IMG/VR virus record: IMGVR_UViG_3300025870_000001
From: an uncultured virus (IMG/VR IMGVR_UViG_3300025870_000001)
Lineage: Duplodnaviria > Heunggongvirae > Uroviricota > Caudoviricetes
Direction: 5' to 3' (one strand)
Length of the DNA stretch: 64,000 nucleotides
Below are positions 20,801 to 29,400 of the stretch, piece after piece (position 1 is the first letter of the stretch; each line of letters starts with the position of its first letter). Both the position numbers and the translations under genes were made by a program. A model generated the notes under the pieces. The model did no database searches. It was not told the DNA's origin and worked only from the letters and a program-made list of their open reading frames with translations.

Positions 20801-21815
20801 CATCTTCAGTAACTTCAATATCTGTATCATCAGTAGTTTCTTCTGGTGCAGAATATACTAATGTTTTTAATTCAGTATCTTGTAGATAAGCCAGAACAAA
20901 CTGCCGCAAACTAACCATATCATCATCTGTGATATATTTTGAACGTCTTGTAAGCTCTGTTATCTTTTCAGATGTAAATTCTAATTCGGATAAATCTGGC
21001 GCAATTACTAAATTACCCACATTTTCAGCAACAAATTTTTGTAAAATTTCTTTTACTTCTGTCACATCTTCTTCGAATGTGTTAATTCTTTTAGCAACAT
21101 TTGAATATAATTGTGACGTTGCCGCCGAAATAGTTTTCGCAGAAAAATCTTTTGATATATTATCAGAAATATTAGTTGTTTTTTGTGCGTCTTGTACAAC
21201 TTGATCAGAAATATTAGTTGTTTTTTGTGCGTCTTGTACAACTTGATCAGAAATATTAGTTGTTTTTTGTGCGTCTTGTACAACTTGATCAGAAATATTA
21301 GTTGTTTTTTGTGCGTCTTGTACAACTTGATTGGCCACATTAATAATAGTATCCTGAACTTCTCTTTCAGGTTCGTCTGCGAAAGTTAAAGTTCTGGTAA
21401 TTTCTACATCATAATTAGCAGTCTGTGGGTCATTCAATTCTACATTAAATTCTAAAGTAGTTCCATCAACATCAAATGTATAATTATTTGTAGAATTTAA
21501 TGTGGGATTTGTTACAGATAGTCTGACAATATCTCCGTCTGAAACAGATACACTTGTACCACTATCTACACCGTTTTTTATAATCTTTCCAGAAGAAAAT
21601 GTTACTGTAGATGGATCTGTTGTTAATCCGCTAACAAATATTTGGTTTGTCTGAGTAGTTATATTCCAAGATGCAGTAGATGTATCATAAACATAAGTTA
21701 GACTACCCTCAGTGACGCTCTGCCCGTCTGTGGGGTTGGTTACGCCAGCTGGCGAACCTATTCCAATCTTTACTTTGATTATATCTCTGAATAAGAATAT
21801 GTTTATGACTGACAT
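14880..21815 (-). CDS. Giant hyper-acidic D/E/S/T-rich protein with 14-residue periodicity (2311 aa)
   Basis: Continuous ORF. N-terminal PTDGQSVTEGSLTYVYDTSTASW resembles a phage fibre attachment motif. Most of the length is D/E/S/T/I/V/A-rich with very few basic or aromatic residues. Confidence 0.8.
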   Translation of the reverse strand: MSVINIFLFRDIIKVKIGIGSPAGVTNPTDGQSVTEGSLTYVYDTSTASWNITTQTNQIFVSGLTTDPSTVTFSSGKIIKNGVDSGTSVSVSDGDIVRLSVTNPTLNSTNNYTFDVDGTTLEFNVELNDPQTANYDVEITRTLTFADEPEREVQDTIINVANQVVQDAQKTTNISDQVVQDAQKTTNISDQVVQDAQKTTNISDQVVQDAQKTTNISDNISKDFSAKTISAATSQLYSNVAKRINTFEEDVTEVKEILQKFVAENVGNLVIAPDLSELEFTSEKITELTRRSKYITDDDMVSLRQFVLAYLQDTELKTLVYSAPEETTDDTDIEVTEDAEVTETSSIVSVEETEELGLSDLAAIENTEIIAISDIETTEESETISTEEQTITDTVETQAISDLGTIEENESNSAIGIDVTETIEELDISQITSLESVETIEASNLESTEISDISDVSEIETKETVESSVTKETSTAETSETISISEISSTEVLETADTKETSATETSETADTKETSATETSETISISEISSTEVVENITSSDAKFINSTEKEDQSTLDLTEFSETQSLSEIAPTENIETVSTLNSEYDENLEKSNLIEQLIGELSENSDLKLADLIEQTENSFLSQLESFSEKLTIDFIIQNLSNFIDVDELKNTNILSIAELQSFIENSVQSVVEIEALQDLTAQSITENISTTTQNYFTDVFVNTLLDTPISEIEETFNLQDKTLVEDIETFVETALQQTEQEEIASFLDVRETSESVDIAEAQDKITGSAEINAGADDTVDNTDFVVGSTETSDDFSPEITTTTETSEDFSSFTSVSDSESNDASTISNENAEVPEDSTDSIIASSDQLEDLSLSSTLGEDTTPEVTSESLSSSENVQDTDIALGVASENVDEDSFIVSSSANDDADQSNIIVVADENVDENSAETISSSGEVPDDSIPSVIDSENVDENSAETISSSGEVPDDSIPSVIDSENVDENSFISAAEAGESLDTTDTIEAPSNIADDSSFDFVTSTNVNQDDIAKTSDTSENIPDITENEILNSEIPQDSSFETASTVDEIPDESGEFILASQTSEDDTETLLAAANNVQDNTDPSVLATEAADDLTVSAETPSELPTDSTESSLLTSNVPEDTSSIIPPVATDVDDSSESKTAPTETPEDTSTISIGDSIGVEDSSESIEVTVEAPEDTSTISIGDSIGVEDSSESIEVTVEATEDTSAIIAGDSADVEDSSESIEVTAEAAEDTSAIIAGDSADVEDSSESLSLSSEETSDVSEISIVDDEQVEDIPETLSVNDIGSLDDTSPSAAAAEEVGETNEGILATSEEVGDNTSVLTIADENVEETTDNIFSDSTTSEDSSAIGQIDREEVEENSSLLVGDIDSIDDTSTVVLTDGEEVLELSGDISTTTENIGDSETVKSTSAENIEELSTEDITDSDQLLDEIDIAKSTDTETPDDTDAIETATVSAVDDTDAILSASESEVDTSDVSLTDGNVVDDTLVDLQISDETPEDSSLDNLVSAEISEDNSDILQSDNESAEDSAAETSSVSATTIDSSVDISIDSDESDEESIAVSSISEIPADASGQGVIPTEIPTDAQGEVLIDGDGIGDGTDAVAATDNDSIDNSTISVSGDETEEDDTSIGIEGEQGSVDDTDAIAAADENVSDQLIITDVSSEIPTDESDFIEVDIDVRLDESSIVSTVTDDNVDDTTAITTGISDNIDDSIISLSGTDDLGDTSAESVLTSTETDDNTLPVGSTETSTEDTSGPSTLNSDERQDNTDSIEAQTDQRFDDTDSIAALTDDSQDEVTILGAQDDARTEETDSVAALTDDRIDSTDSVEALTDERTEETDSVAALTDDRIDSTDSVEALTDGRTDVSEGIVALEDERSDDTDSIGALVDERIDDTDAVEGLTDNRVDSTDATGALVDERIDATDAIEVSTDDRTDATDSSQSQAFSEENDTETTQILEGEGLDDTAVGVLTDTPEVDNTTPPVTDGNVVEITELVTEEGSEIADDEDLKLSSDQDSQNNADVPFVSSVDEQEEISQATGVVEETTNEQSSSVQIDVETPTDQGVSTLTDEDESDQESIQFVSDDDASLDQGAVISTADEDRVSDNTVSSIGDTDLGDSTVPPVLSEDDTETAIVDVVELSDDSEDATLPPTTSIDEPEDQETRPRLSVDISVDAAIELRPSADETETESTVNNVATDETETEEFINSPPSEEADQNPVIAQPPAEDPITSAPTGGGNESELPELSPPISEALDDFSSEKGIIIMRTGEDKLYTLVPILDKNTNQPVGPFIDRNDSNRFFG
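16195..16365 (-). repeat. 84-bp (2x14 aa) coding tandem duplication
   Basis: RTEETDSVAALTDDRIDSTDSVEALTD occurs twice with near-identical DNA. Confidence 0.85.
18025..18375 (-). repeat. Four 84-bp (2x14 aa) coding repeats
   Basis: EDTSTISIGDSIGVEDSSESIEVTVEA x2 followed by EDTSAIIAGDSADVEDSSES x2. Confidence 0.85.
18872..19060 (-). repeat. 84-bp (2x14 aa) coding tandem duplication
   Basis: ENVDENSAETISSSGEVPDDSIPSVIDS x2. Confidence 0.85.
20214..20405 (-). repeat. 42-bp-period mosaic repeat
   Basis: ETSTAETSETISIS / EISSTEVLETADTK / ETSATETSETADTK / ETSATETSETISIS / EISSTEVVENITSS. Confidence 0.8.
21162..21329 (-). repeat. Perfect 42-bp tandem repeat x4 (QVVQDAQKTTNISD)
   Basis: atcagaaatattagttgttttttgtgcgtcttgtacaacttg repeated four times with no spacers. 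Confidence 0.95.
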
Positions 21816-21825
21816 CGTATCTCTA

Positions 21826-21856
21826 TAAAAAATAAGGGGAAGCTAATGCCTCCCCT
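21826..21856 (-). terminator. Rho-independent terminator
   Basis: Minus strand AGGGGAGGC-ATTA-GCTTCCCCT followed by TATTTTTT, downstream of the 1488-aa gene. Confidence 0.8.
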
Positions 21857-21889
21857 ATATTTATTTCAAATTTTAATCTTTAGAGATTA

Positions 21890-24800
21890 TCAAGAAAAAG
21901 TATTATCCGCAATCGCTGCAATATCTCTTGGAGTATAATCACTATATTGTGGTCTGATAGGCCCACCTCTGGTTAAGAGGAAGATTCTCATACCATTACC
22001 AAATGGTTTAGTTGACATCATACCAACATATGTTCTATGTGTTGCATTTGTTGTCGTATCAAGTGCATCCGCGCCATCTCTAAATGCAGTAGATGCAGTT
22101 GCAGCCGCAGCGCCCTGTTTTGCATTATGCCAATCATATGGCTGACGGAAGTTGAGCTTATCTCCATTTGAAGATACATGTTCAGAGCCAGGCGTATGGC
22201 CCGTTTCTAATGTACTTTCTTGTGCAGAGTCTAAGTCATACTTAGTTGCAGATGTTTTAATAATACCACCTTGAGTAGAACTATCAGCACCAGCCACACA
22301 AATCAAATCCATTTCTGCATCACTGTAGATAAATCTCTGTGATGCTAGTGGAGTTGGGAAGTTAAAGATAACTGTTTTATCTTGCGTGATTGATAGCTGT
22401 TCAACAGGGTTGATACATGCAGGGCTGTCAACCTGTGGAATAACAGCAGAAACATGATAATCCCAAGGTTTAAACACATCATTCTCACGAACAACAAATC
22501 TATAGATACCTTTAGCAACTTTATGAATGTCATTCCAGATAGAAGGAATATCTCTATCTTCTGGAACTGATACTAAGTATGTTGATTTACCTGTATCTCT
22601 TTCTTCAACATCATTATAGTTTTCATAAGAAAGTTTTACAACTGTACCATTTTCTATCGGTTGGTTAAAGGTCCATGTATCGTCGGTGAGAGAATATGCA
22701 TACATTGGTTTTTCAACACCAAAATATTCTAAACTGACATTTGTAGTACCAAACTCAACATTACCATCGGCATTAATAGTATAGTTCTGTCCAAGAACAG
22801 CAGCATCTGCTTCTGAACCATCCACGAATACTTTAAGTCTGTTGATTTCAAACAATGGATTTGATGCGGTTCCGCTTCTTCCAAAGAAGTTTGTATATTG
22901 ATTATCAAATCCAGCGCCATTCCAAGCATATTCGTATACAAATGTATCGTCTTCTGGGAATGTATCAATAACTGCCTCAATTCTCATAGCCGTACAAGTT
23001 GCCGAAGCATTCAAAGCTCCAGAAGTTTCAACAATCGCAGCCTGTGCTGCTGTGGTTACAATATCACCAACTTTCATGCTGATTGCACCAGTACCTGGCG
23101 TAGTCCACATTGTATATACAACAGCACTACCTACTGTGTGCTGTTCAAACCCTTTTTTCGTGGCGGCAGCTGCGCCAGCTTGGTCGGCATAGTCAGTAAG
23201 AAATCCACTTGTAGCACCCCTTTGAGAATGTTGAGGTAGTCCTACGATTTCAGCATCTGCAGATGTTGATGGCACCGGCGTAAATGAAGCTGGAGTTGCT
23301 GCAACAGCACTTATAGAATTGCCGGCAGCATCAACTGTTGCATCCATTAAAGTGTAATGGACAAGTTGAACTCTTCTTGAAGCAACTAAAGTTTGTGCTT
23401 CTGGTGATGTTGGAGTAAACAAAGCAACACTTGATACGATAGGAAGTTCCCTTGCGTCACCAGTTGGACTTGCTGCTGGAGCTAGTTCAGTTTTATCTAG
23501 AATTTTTACATCAGTTCTAGGATCTAAGTATGTATCAACTCCAGTAGAAGAACGATGTCTAACTCTATATACAGATAATCCAAGTCTTGCAGGGCCCTGC
23601 ATTTGGTTTCTAGCAGCATTAAAGTTTGCTAACCCACCAGTAGTGAATGAACCGTCATCACCAAACGTTGTCGTATTAGAATGAGCATCTACAGTCGCAG
23701 TTCTTGATGCAACAGTATTATCAAAAGCAGTGATTCTCTGTCCAACAGGAACAAAAGAAGTTCCATATGCTGAACCATAATTTAAAGGAAATTCAGTTCT
23801 TTGTGAGATATCTGGCCCGCCTGTGGCCGCAAAAGTCGAAATCTGGTTTGATGCTGCGATTTCTGCATAGTTTGACGAAATCACTGATGGTAATTTTGCC
23901 TGATCGTTAATAACTGTATATCCAGTAGTTGAGTTTGTTCCAAGGCTACCAGCATCGTTTAAAGGAATACCCGCTGTTGCCGATGTATTTTTATATCCTG
24001 CCCCACCGCTATATGCCAAACCACTCTTAACTTCAATTGGATTTGAGTCTGTTAAAATAGACTGTTCTACTGGAAGGCCTGCCTTCAGCTGTCTTCCATT
24101 CACATCAAACACTTGTAATTCGTCCAATGCTTTTGATGTGATTGTAGTTTGTCCTGTTGCAGTATCAAAGTCTTCGCTCACCTCTGCAAAGAAACCAACA
24201 TTATAGTTAGATGTTTCTTCTGGGCGAGTTGATGGAGAATATAAACAATGAACAGGTGATTTACCATCTTCAAATTCAATTCTACCTGATACGTTATTAA
24301 CGTGTCTCTGTACAACAAACCATGCGTAGTCATCGTCTTGATCTACTGATGCTTGGTCAAACAAGAACAATCCAGTACCGTGGTCAGTACATGTCAAACG
24401 ATATGCAAGTGGATAACCACTTTCAATATCATCTGTCGTTTTACCTTGTCTACGGAACCAACCAGATTTTGCTTTGTTTGTATCGTTAGAGAAGTTATAA
24501 TAGATTTCGCTAAGTTCGCCAGGCTGTCTAAACACCGCCTGCTTAATACCGTCACGACCCTGTCCTTTTGTCAAATCTCCATTATCTTTGATTTGTAATG
24601 CAGTTGCGATATTAACATAAAGATACTCATCTCTACGGTCATAGAAGAAGCGCATTCTCCATTTTTGTGGTTTCCGAGCATCTTTAACTGGTTGAGTTAA
24701 TGAAACTGTTGATGGAATTGCCACAGTTGCAGAGTTTACATCCGCTTTAGATGACAAAAGATCTGTCGCTTTTTCAGATTCAACAACAAACATATCACCA

Positions 24801-26356
24801 ATTCTATTAAGACATTCTTTTACTGCTCTATGGTCTTGTTGTCCATTTACAGCAATTGGAATTGGCTCTGAGGCATCTGCATCTTGGAATGGATATATGA
24901 TATTATATGGCTGAGATTCGAAATCAGACTTATTAATTGCTATTCTCCATTCACCCTTTACATATACTGTTTTAGTTGCATTATCAAAAGCATTTACATC
25001 TATTGAGTCTTCTGTTGCACTATCTAATTTAACAGTAACAACACCAGTAGCATCATCAACAGCAGAAATTAAGGCTGCACCTTTGCCATTAGGTTCAATA
25101 ATACGTTTACCAACATCAGCAGTCGTTAAACCACCCGCCACTGGATTTGCAGCAGTAGCATTGACAAAATCTCCAACTAAAGTTTTTCCAGAGATATCTG
25201 TTAATGTGAAAGTTCCATCTGCAGCACCCGATCCAACAGTCGGAGCAGCTGCCCATGTCAATGTTGCATTCTGTTGTTGTACAGATGTCCATGCAGAACT
25301 ATAATAGTTTCCATATGGGTGTAAACATAAGTCTGTTGCGAGTGTTCTTAAAACACCATTTTGTGCTTTAGGGTCTTTAATAGTATCTACGAAATATTCT
25401 AATACGACTGTATCTCCAACTGAAAAAGATTCACTTCTCCAAGTCACTGTTCCATAGTCCAGCGCAAGCTGGTCTGCATCAACGACTGAACTTACTTTGA
25501 TAACTAGATCTGGAGCAGAACCACCAATATTACCCAATTGTGCTTCGGCAATTGTGATTTCATTTCCTATTAGATAGTCTTGGCCAAATGTCAAAGGAAC
25601 AACTTTGGTAACATTTCCTGTTAAATCGACGAATACTTGAAAAGACCCACCAGTACCAGAAGTAGCGTTTGCCACACCGTCTGGATCATTTCCTACTGCA
25701 ACAGATGTTGGAGTGACTAAATATACGCCCCCACGATGTCCAGCAGTTCCAGAATCTGTTTCTACACCAGTTACGGCTCCAACGCCATCATAAAAGGAGA
25801 CAAAAAATTGATTTTTCGCCGGAGACTCATCAACAACTGCAGTTGTAGGATTGGTAGAAGGATCATATCCTTGTCCAGAAATAGAAACATCTACAGAAAC
25901 TACTCTACCACTACCGTCAGTAGTAGCAGTTGCAGTTGCCTGTTTAAATGTACCAGTTGCTGGTTGGCCACCCCTAATTGTGACGTTGAAAGAAGTAGAC
26001 GGTGCATAACCCAATCCACCAGATAATACTGAGATGGATTCGATACCGCCAGTATTTGTATAAGTGATGCCACCCAAGGATGCTGGTTGGCTTCCGTTTC
26101 TATATGTCTGTGTTAATGGTGAAGTTACTGTGGTAACTGTTCCGCCAATAAACTGTCTTCTTTGCGAAGATAGAGAATATGGAGAAATTCTATCAAATTC
26201 TCCTTGCGCGGGGCGGCCGAGCCTTGTGAATGTTTGGTTAAAACTATTCAAAAATTGAAATTTCTGTTGATGCTTTTGTTGTTGCATCGAAACCATTTCA
26301 TTTCTCTGAATAGAGAATCCACCTGACATAAATTCTGTAGATAATGAAGTAGTCAT
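21890..26356 (-). CDS. Virion structural protein, paralogue family member B (1488 aa)
   Basis: KPQKWRMRF, GRDGIK, RQPGEL, WFRR, YPLAYRLTCTDHG, DDDYAWFVVQRHV, PVHCLYS, RFVVRENDVFKPWDYH, INPVEQLSIT, GNGMRIF. AAGGAG RBS. Confidence 0.75.
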   Translation of the reverse strand: MTTSLSTEFMSGGFSIQRNEMVSMQQQKHQQKFQFLNSFNQTFTRLGRPAQGEFDRISPYSLSSQRRQFIGGTVTTVTSPLTQTYRNGSQPASLGGITYTNTGGIESISVLSGGLGYAPSTSFNVTIRGGQPATGTFKQATATATTDGSGRVVSVDVSISGQGYDPSTNPTTAVVDESPAKNQFFVSFYDGVGAVTGVETDSGTAGHRGGVYLVTPTSVAVGNDPDGVANATSGTGGSFQVFVDLTGNVTKVVPLTFGQDYLIGNEITIAEAQLGNIGGSAPDLVIKVSSVVDADQLALDYGTVTWRSESFSVGDTVVLEYFVDTIKDPKAQNGVLRTLATDLCLHPYGNYYSSAWTSVQQQNATLTWAAAPTVGSGAADGTFTLTDISGKTLVGDFVNATAANPVAGGLTTADVGKRIIEPNGKGAALISAVDDATGVVTVKLDSATEDSIDVNAFDNATKTVYVKGEWRIAINKSDFESQPYNIIYPFQDADASEPIPIAVNGQQDHRAVKECLNRIGDMFVVESEKATDLLSSKADVNSATVAIPSTVSLTQPVKDARKPQKWRMRFFYDRRDEYLYVNIATALQIKDNGDLTKGQGRDGIKQAVFRQPGELSEIYYNFSNDTNKAKSGWFRRQGKTTDDIESGYPLAYRLTCTDHGTGLFLFDQASVDQDDDYAWFVVQRHVNNVSGRIEFEDGKSPVHCLYSPSTRPEETSNYNVGFFAEVSEDFDTATGQTTITSKALDELQVFDVNGRQLKAGLPVEQSILTDSNPIEVKSGLAYSGGAGYKNTSATAGIPLNDAGSLGTNSTTGYTVINDQAKLPSVISSNYAEIAASNQISTFAATGGPDISQRTEFPLNYGSAYGTSFVPVGQRITAFDNTVASRTATVDAHSNTTTFGDDGSFTTGGLANFNAARNQMQGPARLGLSVYRVRHRSSTGVDTYLDPRTDVKILDKTELAPAASPTGDARELPIVSSVALFTPTSPEAQTLVASRRVQLVHYTLMDATVDAAGNSISAVAATPASFTPVPSTSADAEIVGLPQHSQRGATSGFLTDYADQAGAAAATKKGFEQHTVGSAVVYTMWTTPGTGAISMKVGDIVTTAAQAAIVETSGALNASATCTAMRIEAVIDTFPEDDTFVYEYAWNGAGFDNQYTNFFGRSGTASNPLFEINRLKVFVDGSEADAAVLGQNYTINADGNVEFGTTNVSLEYFGVEKPMYAYSLTDDTWTFNQPIENGTVVKLSYENYNDVEERDTGKSTYLVSVPEDRDIPSIWNDIHKVAKGIYRFVVRENDVFKPWDYHVSAVIPQVDSPACINPVEQLSITQDKTVIFNFPTPLASQRFIYSDAEMDLICVAGADSSTQGGIIKTSATKYDLDSAQESTLETGHTPGSEHVSSNGDKLNFRQPYDWHNAKQGAAAATASTAFRDGADALDTTTNATHRTYVGMMSTKPFGNGMRIFLLTRGGPIRPQYSDYTPRDIAAIADNTFS

Positions 26357-26398
26357 TTATTGATCTCCTTTAGATGTATTATAATTTTGTTTTCTTTT

Positions 26399-26406
26399 TA
26401 TTTATA
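26399..26406 (-). promoter_or_regulatory. T4-type late promoter TATAAATA
   Basis: Exact consensus, intergenic, upstream of 26356. Confidence 0.8.
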
Positions 26407-26424
26407 AAAACTTTTCTTTGTAAA

Positions 26425-29400
26425 TTATTCACCAAGTACCGAGCCTGGAGCCTTTCCTTCAGTAACATCACTATATCTAATACTAGATCCTGTTACTTGC
26501 ATGAAAATTCTCATACCGTTTCCATCTGGAAGAGTTGAAACCATACCTTCATATTTTCTGGCATCTTTTCTCCAAATATATTTTGTTTGATCGGGCCCAT
26601 CATGTCCAGCATATCTAGTTGTTTGATTTGCTGCCATTGCTGGAGTGGTAGTTGGAATATATTCTCCATTACCAAAGCCACCTGCAGGCCCGTTGATGCC
26701 ATCACTATCTCCGTATTTGTTGATTTCAACATGACCTGCTTGTGTAGAGAAGTCTGCTGAAGAAACACAAATCAAATCTAGTTCACTTTGAGGATAGTAA
26801 AATCTCTGAGATGTGATTTGAGTTGGGAAGGAGAAAACAAAATTTCTGTCTTGTGTAATTGATAACTGTTCTTGTGGGTTAATAATAGCATGAGAGTCTA
26901 TTTCATGCATTGTTGCTGATACATGATAATCCCATGGTTTTAGAACATCCTGCTCACGAACAATAAATCTGTTAATAGTTTTAACTTCATTCATATTTGT
27001 CTCAGGGAAATTTCTATCTTCTGGTGTAGAAATTATATATGTATTTTGAGATGGATTTGAAGACGTATAATTAACTAAAGAAATAGAAAAGTTAGACATA
27101 GACCTTGGTGCATGTTTAAACACTAAAGTTTTATTCATGAAATCGTAAATATATTCTTGAGTTGTGCTATCTCCATCTGTCCATACTATATCGCCAGGCA
27201 ATAAACTAGTATATGCTTGTTTATTCGAAGATTTAGTAAGATTACTTGTCGTAATAGTATAGCTTCCTGCTGCTTTGTCCAAGAAAAATGCTCTTCCAGT
27301 TGCAGAGTTTACTACATTATTGTTAATAGTTCCTGATACAGCTTCTCCTAACAAATTAGGTACAACCGCCGCATCCTCTGCTGGAAGTTTGAAGTTAGAA
27401 CCTAAAGTTTCTACTCCTGCTGCTTCGAGCATTTCCAAGAATCTACCTGCAGTAGTTGGATCTCCATTGACTACCCAATCATCATATGTTAGAACATATG
27501 CGGCATTATCTCTTCTAACTTCCACATCATCTAAAGTAACAACCATAGATTCCATTACCTTTGCAGCATTATTCTGTTGTGCATTATATAAAATATCTAA
27601 CAGTGCAGAATCGCCTTCGGTGTAGTCGGATATAGAAATAGCATCTGGAACAGACGGTACGCCGCTTGCACTGTTTGCCTGAGAAGCTGCTTTGGCAAAT
27701 GTTGAAACTCTATCTAAGAAGTTTTCTGGGAAAATTACATTTCTAGATGGTGATGGAGCCATATCATTTTGTTGAACCCAACTCGCAATCGGAGCTGTAG
27801 TTGCAGTTTGTTCACTTCCATCAAGTGAAATCTCAACCAACCCATCGGGTGCGGTTGTATCGCGATCAAGAGCATTTGGTGAATTGGATGCACCCATCGT
27901 GAATGCTGTTGCTCTTCTTCTTGGAAGACTATTAAATCCAGTGATTGCCAGATCAGTTGGCACTCTTGTTCTAGATGTAATCATATCGCCGCCGGTGCCG
28001 CCAGGCAGATCCATAATCTGCGCTGCGTTGGTTTGAGTAAAATCATTGTTTGTTGTCACATTTCCTGTTGGACTTGTTCCAATAAGAATTGGATCGCCTG
28101 CAGTTAGAGTGTTAAATCCTGCAGACGGATCTGCAGATGAAGTAAATACTAATTCGCCAGACACATTATTCCAACTCACCACGCGGCCGCCGTTGTATAC
28201 ATAATTTGGAGATGATCCTGATTGCGCAGCAATAAACATGCCTGGGATCAGTTCCAACGCGATGACTGAATTTGGATTTAAATATATCACATATACAGTT
28301 TGCGACCAAAGAGTTTCAGTTGCAGAACCCTGTGCGCCTGTAATACCTCTATAGAGGTCTGATTTTACATCCGTGTTATATACACCAGAACCATATCCAG
28401 ATGCACCAGCCGCATATCCAAAACTATTGAAGTCGATAGCATTTACCAATCCATTAAATATAGATTTACTCTTATCAATCCATACAGTTGGACCTTCTGT
28501 CTTGAAAATAGTTCCTAGTGAATTTGACACAGGAGCAGCAGGAGATAAATCTGCTAAATCATCAGTTGAATAGTAATTACTTATAGAACTGATATCGACA
28601 GGACGCTTTGCCGGAGAATACACACAGTGAACAGGCGCTTTCTCAGTAAATTCTGGTTGTCCTGTTGTCTGGTCAACATGTCTCTGTACAACAAACCATG
28701 CATAGTCATCATCTTGATCTACTGCACTCTGGCCATATAAAAACAACCCCATACCATGATCGGTACAAGTTATTCTATATGACATAGGATAAGTTTGCGT
28801 AATCTCATCAACAATTTGAGGTCTTCTAAACCATTGAGATTTTGCAGTAGATATAGATAAATTTGCGCCTTTACCGATAGCCGGTTCTTTATATACATCA
28901 CACAACTCTCCTGGCTCTCTATAAACTGGAGATTTGATACCATCTCTACCCTGTGGTTGTGATATGGACATATCATCTTTCAATTGGTAATCTGTCGCAA
29001 CGTTAACTTTAATTTCATTGCTATTTTCTAACCAATCAAAACGAATTCTCCATTTCTGAGGTTTTCTTGACGCTGCTGGAGATAGACTATTTAAGAAATT
29101 TAAATTAGTATCTGATAACAAATCTACGCCCTTTTCGGATTCTACCAGAAAATTATTTGTAATTCTTCTAAGCGCTGCCTTTACATCATCTAAGTGGTTG
29201 CTTGCAGGCATTGGATGAATTAATCTAAAAGGTGTTGCAAACTCATCATTCTCTTGGAATGTTAAATTAAATACATCACCTTCTGATATTTTCGATAGTG
29301 TAGCTTTTCTTGCATCTGTAGGTAACTCTACATCACTTCCAACAAGTCCTTGTGCTTCAGTGATGTTTGGGTTTCCGCTGACCTGTGGCCAGATAATAAA

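Noticed and set aside
21162..21329. Possible CRISPR array
   Set aside because: Repeats are contiguous with no spacers, in frame inside a CDS, and no cas genes are present.
15242..21389. Many long + strand ORFs (up to 313 aa, Ser/Val-rich) opposite the acidic gene
   Set aside because: Antisense shadows produced by the biased codon content of the real gene; no RBS and no recognisable domains. The same applies to the other short antisense and alternate-frame ORFs across the window.
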